From Arcobacteraceae bacterium (GTDB lineage: Bacteria; Campylobacterota; Campylobacteria; Campylobacterales; Arcobacteraceae), in contig JBLWVX010000001.1 of the NCBI GenBank assembly GCA_048268245.1, forward strand, positions 96,001-160,000: a stretch of 64,000 nucleotides of DNA, written 5' to 3'. Under the pieces are notes generated by a model, which did not search any database, had not been told where the DNA came from, and was given only the letters and a program-made list of their open reading frames with translations. Positions within the stretch are counted from its first letter, which is position 1. Each line of letters opens with the position of its first letter. This document shows positions 57,507-64,000 of the stretch, piece by piece. Position numbers and translations under genes: made by a program.

Positions 57507-58665
57507 TAAAACCAATCATTGATAAAAATTTCTCTACAACTAAGAAAGAACCAAATACTAAATACTCTTCATTATCGTTTATTTCTATATTCGGAATAAT
57601 TATTATATTTAAATCTTTTATAATTTTCAATAAGTTATTTTTTTCGACCATTCTATTATCATCAATATCTATTATAATTATTTTTTTAATTATAGGTTTT
57701 AAAATTTTTAAAACTTCTTCATAATCTTTATCAGCATAAGAATTATAGATTAAAGTGATTTTTTTATTTTTAAACTCTTCTTTTATAACCCTAGCTGCAA
57801 GGGGATTATGACCAACATCAACTGTAATATTTGAAGCTACTTTTTGACATCTCCCAAAAAGTTTCACATCATCAAATAAAGATAAATCAATATCTATTTG
57901 TAACTCTTCTAAACACTTTATAACTAAATGTAAATTTCTTTTTAAATATGATGCGAAGCTCTCTTTTAAATTATATTTGTTGAATTCTTCAACAAACTCT
58001 ATAGTTATATCTTTATTTCTTTCATCTTTTATTTGCTTTTTAACTTCAAAAGCGCTTTGTTTTACACTATCATGAATTTGATAACCAACTAGCATTTTAG
58101 TATCAACTGAACGCATTTTTGTAATAGCTATTTTCTCAACAGTATTACCTAAAAAACTTTGATGGTCTAAATCAATAGTAGTAATCAAAGATAAATCATT
58201 TGGCACTACATTTGTAGCATCAAACTCTCCTCCAAGTCCAGCTTCTAATACTAAATAATCCATATCTTTTGATAGATAAATAGCAAGTAATGTTGTATAT
58301 TCAAAATAAGTAAGTTTTGAAAGCAGTTCTAAATCATATATTTCTTGTAAAAACCTATGAGCTTTAGTTAGTTCTTTATCACTTACATCACTTCCATTTA
58401 TCCAAATTCGCTCATTAAACTTTATGATATGAGGTGAGCTGTAATGTAGTGTTTTATAATTCTTTTTGTATAGATAGTGAGATAAAAACCTTCCTGTACT
58501 TCCTTTTCCATTTGTTCCTACAATATGTATTACAAAAGGAAGTTTTATTTTTTGGCTTAAAATATCCCAAGAAGTTTTTACTGTACTAAAATCAATTTTG
58601 TCATAATAAAGAGTTTTGTATTTCAAAAACTCTTCAAGGTTAGCTTTTTTTAAATCTGTAGTCAT
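57496..58665 (-). CDS. folC: folylpolyglutamate/dihydrofolate synthase
   Basis: GTNGKGST, SSPH, EAGLGGEFDATN, DLDH, DVGHNP, FGSF. Confidence 0.95.
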   Translation of the reverse strand: MTTDLKKANLEEFLKYKTLYYDKIDFSTVKTSWDILSQKIKLPFVIHIVGTNGKGSTGRFLSHYLYKKNYKTLHYSSPHIIKFNERIWINGSDVSDKELTKAHRFLQEIYDLELLSKLTYFEYTTLLAIYLSKDMDYLVLEAGLGGEFDATNVVPNDLSLITTIDLDHQSFLGNTVEKIAITKMRSVDTKMLVGYQIHDSVKQSAFEVKKQIKDERNKDITIEFVEEFNKYNLKESFASYLKRNLHLVIKCLEELQIDIDLSLFDDVKLFGRCQKVASNITVDVGHNPLAARVIKEEFKNKKITLIYNSYADKDYEEVLKILKPIIKKIIIIDIDDNRMVEKNNLLKIIKDLNIIIIPNIEINDNEEYLVFGSFLVVEKFLSMIGFNEK

Positions 58666-58670
58666 AAAAA

Positions 58671-59207
58671 CTACTTATCAAAAGAGTGTACTGCTAACTT
58701 TGATAAAAACTCATCTAAAGCATCATTTGCAGCACTTTTAATAGCTTCAAATCTTTTTGTATCTGTAATAGTTGTACCATCATCAATAGAGAAGTTATGT
58801 TCCCCTTCTAAAGAAATGTTTTTTACTTGTTCATTTACTTTATTGTATTGAATATTAAGTGTAACAAGGGCTCTATAAAGCTTGTTGTACCCTTCTTTAT
58901 CATACTGTAACTCTTGCATATTAACTGAACCAATTTTTATTTTCATAATAGTATCAGCTAAAGCTTCATCATAAACTAAATTTGTATTTAACTTTTGAAG
59001 TAATACTTGATTTAGAGAATCTTTGATAATTACAGCATTTCTAGGGTCTTTTAAATCTACAAATAACTTTACAAAAACCTTTTGACCTAACTCTTTTTTA
59101 GCATAATATGTTGAGGGTTTGTATCCACATCCATTTAAAATAAAAGATGTTGATAATAAAGTGAAAAGTACGAATAGTACTTTCCTTACATTATTCATAC
59201 TTTTCAT
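58671..59207 (-). CDS. lptE: LPS assembly lipoprotein LptE
   Basis: Lipobox LNGC-GYKP; immediately downstream of leuS. Confidence 0.82.
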   Translation of the reverse strand: MKSMNNVRKVLFVLFTLLSTSFILNGCGYKPSTYYAKKELGQKVFVKLFVDLKDPRNAVIIKDSLNQVLLQKLNTNLVYDEALADTIMKIKIGSVNMQELQYDKEGYNKLYRALVTLNIQYNKVNEQVKNISLEGEHNFSIDDGTTITDTKRFEAIKSAANDALDEFLSKLAVHSFDK

Positions 59208-59213
59208 TATTCT

Positions 59214-61679
59214 TTATCCCTTTATAACTAAGTTTACTAATTTATTTGGTACTACAATCTCTTTGATTATATCTTTACCTTCAAGCCATTTAGAAGCAAC
59301 TTCTTTTGCTTGAGCTAAGATATCCTCTTTTGAAGTATCAGGTGTTACTTCAATTTCTGCTCTTTTCTTACCATTGATTGTAACAGCAAGTGCAATAGAA
59401 TCTAAAGCAAATACTTCTTCTTTTACTTCTAAAGAGTTATTGAAGTTTTCTCTTTTAAATAAGCCGTTTGCTAAATCCCAACAAGCATGAGGGATAACAG
59501 GCTCTAAAATATTTGTAAGAATATAATATCCTTCTGCCCATACAGCTTCATTTTTTTGTGCTTGAAGTGCATTCATAGCTTCCATTGAAGCTGCAATTAA
59601 AGTATTGAAAGCATAAGTTTTTTCAAATACATCATTTGATTTTTGAAGTGCCTCATATACTTTTCTTCTAGCTTCTTTTTCTTCTTTTGATAAAGATGAG
59701 TGGTCAATATTTTTAAACTCTTCAATACCTTTAGCAGTTACATTAGAAGCTCTTTCATAGAACTTTTTGATAAATTTGAAAGAACCTTCAACAGCAGAAT
59801 CATTCCACTCAAGCTCTTTTGTAGGAGGTGCAGCAAATAAAATAAACATTCTAGCTGTATCAGCTCCATATTTTTCTACAATTAAATCAGGATCTACTAC
59901 ATTACCTTTAGATTTTGACATTTTAGCACCATCTTTAAGTACCATACCTTGAGTAAGTAATCTTTTAAATGGTTCTCTTGAGTTTGTAAATCCTAAATCA
60001 TTTAATACTTTTGTAAAGAATCTTGCATATAAAAGGTGTAAAATTGCATGTTCAATTCCACCAATATACTGATCAACATCCATCCAATAATCAGAATCAG
60101 CTTTAGAAATACCTTCTTCATTCCATGATTTTGGATTTGTTGCATATCTTAAGAAATACCAAGAAGATTGTACAAATGTATCTAAAGTATCAGTTTCTCT
60201 TACTGCTGGTTTTCCACAACAAGGACAAGTTGTATGTTTCCACGTTGGATGTGTATCAAGTGGGTTTCCTTCACCTGTAATTTCAACATCTTCAGGTAAA
60301 GCAATTGGTAAGTTTTCTGATTTTTCAGGAACTAATCCACAGTCATCACAGTGAACAAAAGGAATTGGTGCTCCCCAATATCTCTGTCTTGAAACTCCCC
60401 AATCTCTAAGTTTATAATTTACTTTTTTACTACCAATTGAGTTTTGTTCAAAGTGGTAAATAATAGCTTTTTTAGCTTTTGTATTTTTAAGACCTGTAAA
60501 GCTTTCAGAATTTATAAGTTCACCCTCACCTGTAAAGGCTTCTGATGGTTTTTCAATAAGACCTTCACTTCCTATAATAACTTGTTTGATAGGTAAGTCA
60601 TACTGACTTGCAAACTCAAAGTCTCTTTGGTCATGAGCTGGTACTGCCATAACTGCACCACCACCATAAGAAGCTAATACAAAGTTAGCAACCCATACAG
60701 GAATATTTTCACCTGTTAATGGATGAATTACATCTATCTCTAAAGAAACACCTTCTTTATCTTGAGTAGCTCTATCTCTTTCACTTACTTTTTGCATTGC
60801 TTTAATAGCATTGATTTTATTATCAGGAAGTAATTTATTGTCAACTATATATTTTACAATTGGGTGTTCAGGTGCTAAAGCTGAGTATGAAACTCCGTAA
60901 ATAGTATCTGGTCTAGTTGTAAATACAGAGTATTTTTTAAATTGTCTATCAAGTTTATATCTAGAATCTTTTGATAGTTCAAATTCAAACTCTAAACCTT
61001 CACTTCTACCAATCCAGTTTTCTTGCATAGTTAAAACTTGAGAAGGCCAAGTATCTTCTAAAGAAGATAAATCATCAAGTAACTCTTGAGCATATTTAGT
61101 AATACCTACATAATATCCAGGCATCTCTTTTTGAACAACTTCAGTTCCACATCTCCAACAACAACCCTCTTCTAGTTGTTCATTTGCCAGAACTGTTAAG
61201 TCATGAGGACACCAGTTTACTGTAGTAGACTTTCTATATAAAAGTCCTTCTTCAAACATCTTGATAATAAACTCTTGTTCCCATCTTGTGTATAATTCAT
61301 CAGATGTAGCAAACTCTCTTGTTTCACTAAAAGATAATCCAAGTGCTCTAAGTTCATCTCTCATGTAATCAATATTTTCATAAGTCCATTTCTTTGGGTG
61401 AAGCTTATGTTTAATAGCTGCATTTTCTGCTGGCATACCAAAACTATCCCATCCAATTGGATGTAAAACATTATAGTTTTCTTTTCTGTAAAATCTAGCA
61501 AATGCATCACCTAGACAGTAATTTCTTACGTGTCCCATGTGGATTCTACCACTTGGGTATGGAAACATACTTAAGATATATTTTTTGTCTTTTGTTTGCT
61601 CATCACTTGGTTCAAATGATTTATTTTCTGACCAAAAATTTTGCCACTTTTGCTCTACTTGTTTTGAATTATACTCCAT
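59214..61679 (-). CDS. leuS: leucine--tRNA ligase
   Basis: [13 protein letters not shown] and KMSKS motifs. Confidence 0.99.
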   Translation of the reverse strand: MEYNSKQVEQKWQNFWSENKSFEPSDEQTKDKKYILSMFPYPSGRIHMGHVRNYCLGDAFARFYRKENYNVLHPIGWDSFGMPAENAAIKHKLHPKKWTYENIDYMRDELRALGLSFSETREFATSDELYTRWEQEFIIKMFEEGLLYRKSTTVNWCPHDLTVLANEQLEEGCCWRCGTEVVQKEMPGYYVGITKYAQELLDDLSSLEDTWPSQVLTMQENWIGRSEGLEFEFELSKDSRYKLDRQFKKYSVFTTRPDTIYGVSYSALAPEHPIVKYIVDNKLLPDNKINAIKAMQKVSERDRATQDKEGVSLEIDVIHPLTGENIPVWVANFVLASYGGGAVMAVPAHDQRDFEFASQYDLPIKQVIIGSEGLIEKPSEAFTGEGELINSESFTGLKNTKAKKAIIYHFEQNSIGSKKVNYKLRDWGVSRQRYWGAPIPFVHCDDCGLVPEKSENLPIALPEDVEITGEGNPLDTHPTWKHTTCPCCGKPAVRETDTLDTFVQSSWYFLRYATNPKSWNEEGISKADSDYWMDVDQYIGGIEHAILHLLYARFFTKVLNDLGFTNSREPFKRLLTQGMVLKDGAKMSKSKGNVVDPDLIVEKYGADTARMFILFAAPPTKELEWNDSAVEGSFKFIKKFYERASNVTAKGIEEFKNIDHSSLSKEEKEARRKVYEALQKSNDVFEKTYAFNTLIAASMEAMNALQAQKNEAVWAEGYYILTNILEPVIPHACWDLANGLFKRENFNNSLEVKEEVFALDSIALAVTINGKKRAEIEVTPDTSKEDILAQAKEVASKWLEGKDIIKEIVVPNKLVNLVIKG

Positions 61680-62023
61680 TAAAAGTCGTCCTTCTCTTGA
61701 ATTTTTGCACTCTCAATTAAAGCTAAAGCTATTGAGAAAACATTTGCTACTACTGCACCAATTGCAAGTGAAATAGCAAGTGGTAAGTCGTGCATGAAAG
61801 TTAATACCATAAATGCTGGAATTAGGTGTAAGTCAGCAACTAATGAACTTGCCAACAACTCTGCTGCAAGTAGATTTCTAACCCCAATTTTTAGAATCGT
61901 TGATATTACATTTACTCCTGCTGCTATGAATAATGCAATTGCATTTGGCTCATATAAGAAGCCAGCAGTTGTAGTAAGTGACATTAGTGAAAAGAAAATA
62001 TAAGTTACTTTACCCCAATCCAT
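61679..62023 (-). CDS. small membrane protein (DUF6394-like) upstream of leuS
   Basis: MDWGKV...[10 protein letters not shown]; about 4 TM helices; overlaps the leuS start. Confidence 0.75.
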   Translation of the reverse strand: MDWGKVTYIFFSLMSLTTTAGFLYEPNAIALFIAAGVNVISTILKIGVRNLLAAELLASSLVADLHLIPAFMVLTFMHDLPLAISLAIGAVVANVFSIALALIESAKIQEKDDF

Positions 62024-62114
62024 TTTTATCCTTTTATAGTTTCTACTATTTTAATTTTAAGCAAATATAGTATCTAAAAAAAGGTAAAAAATGGCTTTGG
62101 TAAAGCTTTTTAAG

Positions 62115-62591
62115 TTATTTTAAAAACTTGTGTTTTAAGCCTTTAAACATCTGTACTAAAAGATAAAGCATAATTATTTTTATAAATATCTGAACTACTG
62201 TATATGCTGTAAACCCATTTATTTCATACTCAAAAGGATTTATAATATTGCGAAATAAAAGATTAAAAGTCATATCATTTGTTATAATAAAATAAGTAAT
62301 AAGTGCAACATACATAGCTAAAAAGTAAAACTGATTTTTTTGCATTTCAATAATACTATAAACAAAATGCCATACAAAAAAAGACACAAAAACAGCTATT
62401 AAAAGCTCTTTGAAAACACCATCTTGAATATGAATAACATAAGTTCTTGAATAATCCAAAAATTTATACTCAATTATAGAAGATATAATCTCAAATATAA
62501 AAATCCAAGTAAGAGCTAAAAACCAATCTGTACCATGTTTTGAAGTAAATTCATTAAATTGATACAAAAATCCTTGTTTGCTTTTTTCCAT
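62115..62591 (-). CDS. hypothetical membrane protein
   Basis: GGAG RBS; about 4 hydrophobic helices. Confidence 0.75.
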   Translation of the reverse strand: MEKSKQGFLYQFNEFTSKHGTDWFLALTWIFIFEIISSIIEYKFLDYSRTYVIHIQDGVFKELLIAVFVSFFVWHFVYSIIEMQKNQFYFLAMYVALITYFIITNDMTFNLLFRNIINPFEYEINGFTAYTVVQIFIKIIMLYLLVQMFKGLKHKFLK

Positions 62592-62692
62592 AATTAACTC
62601 CGGTTAATAATATATAAATATTTCAATAGTATTTTATATAAAATAAGTTTAAAGCCCAATATCATGGGCTTCGTGACTTTTGATATTATTGA

Positions 62693-63934
62693 CTATTTTC
62701 TTCTTGTGTTTTGTCTTATAGAGATAATAAACTGGTAGATTAAAAAAGCAATAATAATTTTAAAAAGCAATTCAGTAAATGTAAGTTTATCTGCACTAGT
62801 CATAATAGAAAATGGATTAATATTTGTTGCAAAATCATCTAAAGGTGATTTGTCTAAGGATTTCATAAAAATAAAATAGAATCCATAAAAAAGTAAGAAC
62901 ATATATTTTTCAATTTTTGCATAAAGAAAAGGAATTAAACAAAAGACTACGTTTATATCAAAAGATAAATTAACTTTAAAAACAGTAAGTAGCATTCCAA
63001 AAAGTATAATCCAACCTAAAGATAAAGTCCAATCTTGAGAATGATTTGAAGCTAAGCCATGGGTTTTAAAAACAAGCCATTCAAAAAAGTTTTTTGAAGG
63101 TTTTAATTCTTCTTCTCTTTTTTGCATTTCAATTGCATAAAATTTATTTGCTTCAATGATATTGTTTTGCTGTTCAAAAGAGTCTTTTATAATTCTTGCA
63201 GTTTCACGATTTTTAATATTTACATTAATTTTTAAAAAGTTTGATTGTCCTTCAAAAACTGTATTAGATAAATCTAATTCATCTTTAGAATGGAATAATA
63301 AAAAGTTCACATTTCCTATAAAATTTGTTTCACGAAAATCAACTGTTGAACAAAATCTTGATTGAAAAAAAGAACAATTTTTAGAAAATTTTGTAAACTG
63401 AAAGTCTGAATAGTTTTTAATCGTAAGAGAACTTAATACTACATCCTCTTTAAAAACAACGCTATTACAATTTATTTCACTAATCTCATCGCTTCCAATA
63501 AATGATAATTTTTTTGAGAAAATTCCACTTAAATCTATTGATTTATTATCAAATTGACAGGAATTAACAAATTTAAATTCACTATCTATATCTTCAGAGA
63601 AACTAACTCCTTCATAAAAAAAACAATTATCTAGAAAGAAGCAATTTTCTGTATGATAATTACAAAAACTAAAGGTATCATAAAAATAACATTGTTTAAA
63701 AAAAAACTTTCTATTTTCAAATTCTTCTAATAAATTAAAAGTTTCATAAAAATGAAACTCTTTTATCTCACCATCTTCTGAATTATGACAATAATTTAAA
63801 AACTCTTCATTAAACTTTTGCTTTTTAGTTTCTTTTTCTTCATCATTAAGTTTTTTCCAATCACTTTTCTCACAATGTAATATACATTTTCCATTTTCAT
63901 ATTCATCTAATTTACAATCTTTTACATTACACAT
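62693..63934 (-). CDS. pentapeptide-repeat protein with Cys-rich N-terminus and C-terminal membrane domain
   Basis: CNVKDC...CILHC; repeated F-x-x-x-x-F units (FQFTKF, FFQSRF, FRETNF); EANKFY; hydrophobic C-terminus. Confidence 0.72.
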   Translation of the reverse strand: MCNVKDCKLDEYENGKCILHCEKSDWKKLNDEEKETKKQKFNEEFLNYCHNSEDGEIKEFHFYETFNLLEEFENRKFFFKQCYFYDTFSFCNYHTENCFFLDNCFFYEGVSFSEDIDSEFKFVNSCQFDNKSIDLSGIFSKKLSFIGSDEISEINCNSVVFKEDVVLSSLTIKNYSDFQFTKFSKNCSFFQSRFCSTVDFRETNFIGNVNFLLFHSKDELDLSNTVFEGQSNFLKINVNIKNRETARIIKDSFEQQNNIIEANKFYAIEMQKREEELKPSKNFFEWLVFKTHGLASNHSQDWTLSLGWIILFGMLLTVFKVNLSFDINVVFCLIPFLYAKIEKYMFLLFYGFYFIFMKSLDKSPLDDFATNINPFSIMTSADKLTFTELLFKIIIAFLIYQFIISIRQNTRRK

Positions 63935-64000
63935 TTTTTTACTTTCATATTTAAATAATTAGTTATATTTTATCTTTTTACTCTTATTAGTAGTTTTCTT

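Noticed and set aside
62652..62671. AAGCCCA-N6-TGGGCTT hairpin as a mobile-element end
   Set aside because: Single 7-bp stem downstream of a stop codon; most simply a weak terminator, and no partner end was found.

Overview
Very AT-rich bacterial chromosomal window. Gene content and protein style point to Campylobacterota, most likely Arcobacteraceae (inference from leuS-lptE-folC-M23-bactofilin synteny, the many PAS/Cache two-component proteins and epsilon-type promoters). Core genes include suhB-like IMPase, groESL (with sigma70 promoter, CIRCE and HAIR-like sites), ispA, ybaB, panD, xseA, ubiE, mfd, folC, lptE and leuS. They are interspersed with many signalling genes (CheC, CheW, CZB chemoreceptor, histidine kinases including a probable pseudokinase, a GGDEF protein), a Spy/CpxP-RR-HK module and a PCuAC-SCO copper chaperone operon. 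The most notable region is 43.4-52.5 kb, a probable phosphate-starvation island. Three promoters there share the architecture TGTWAC-N4-TTGTAAT-N10-(-10 box). They drive (i) a PhoX + choice-of-anchor-I fusion lipoprotein, (ii) an OlsF-like ornithine-lipid acyltransferase and (iii) an uncharacterised four-gene operon: secreted two-CXXCH protein, RcnA/ZevB-like permease, DUF1007 protein and a small secreted protein. Also seen: two candidate small RNAs, a GC-rich structured element beside a truncated AraC gene, a probable non-canonical start codon, back-to-back leaderless genes and a helicase with a degenerate primase-like domain. No rRNA, tRNA, CRISPR array, transposase or integrase was recognised. 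All calls are from reading the sequence by eye; no searches were run.
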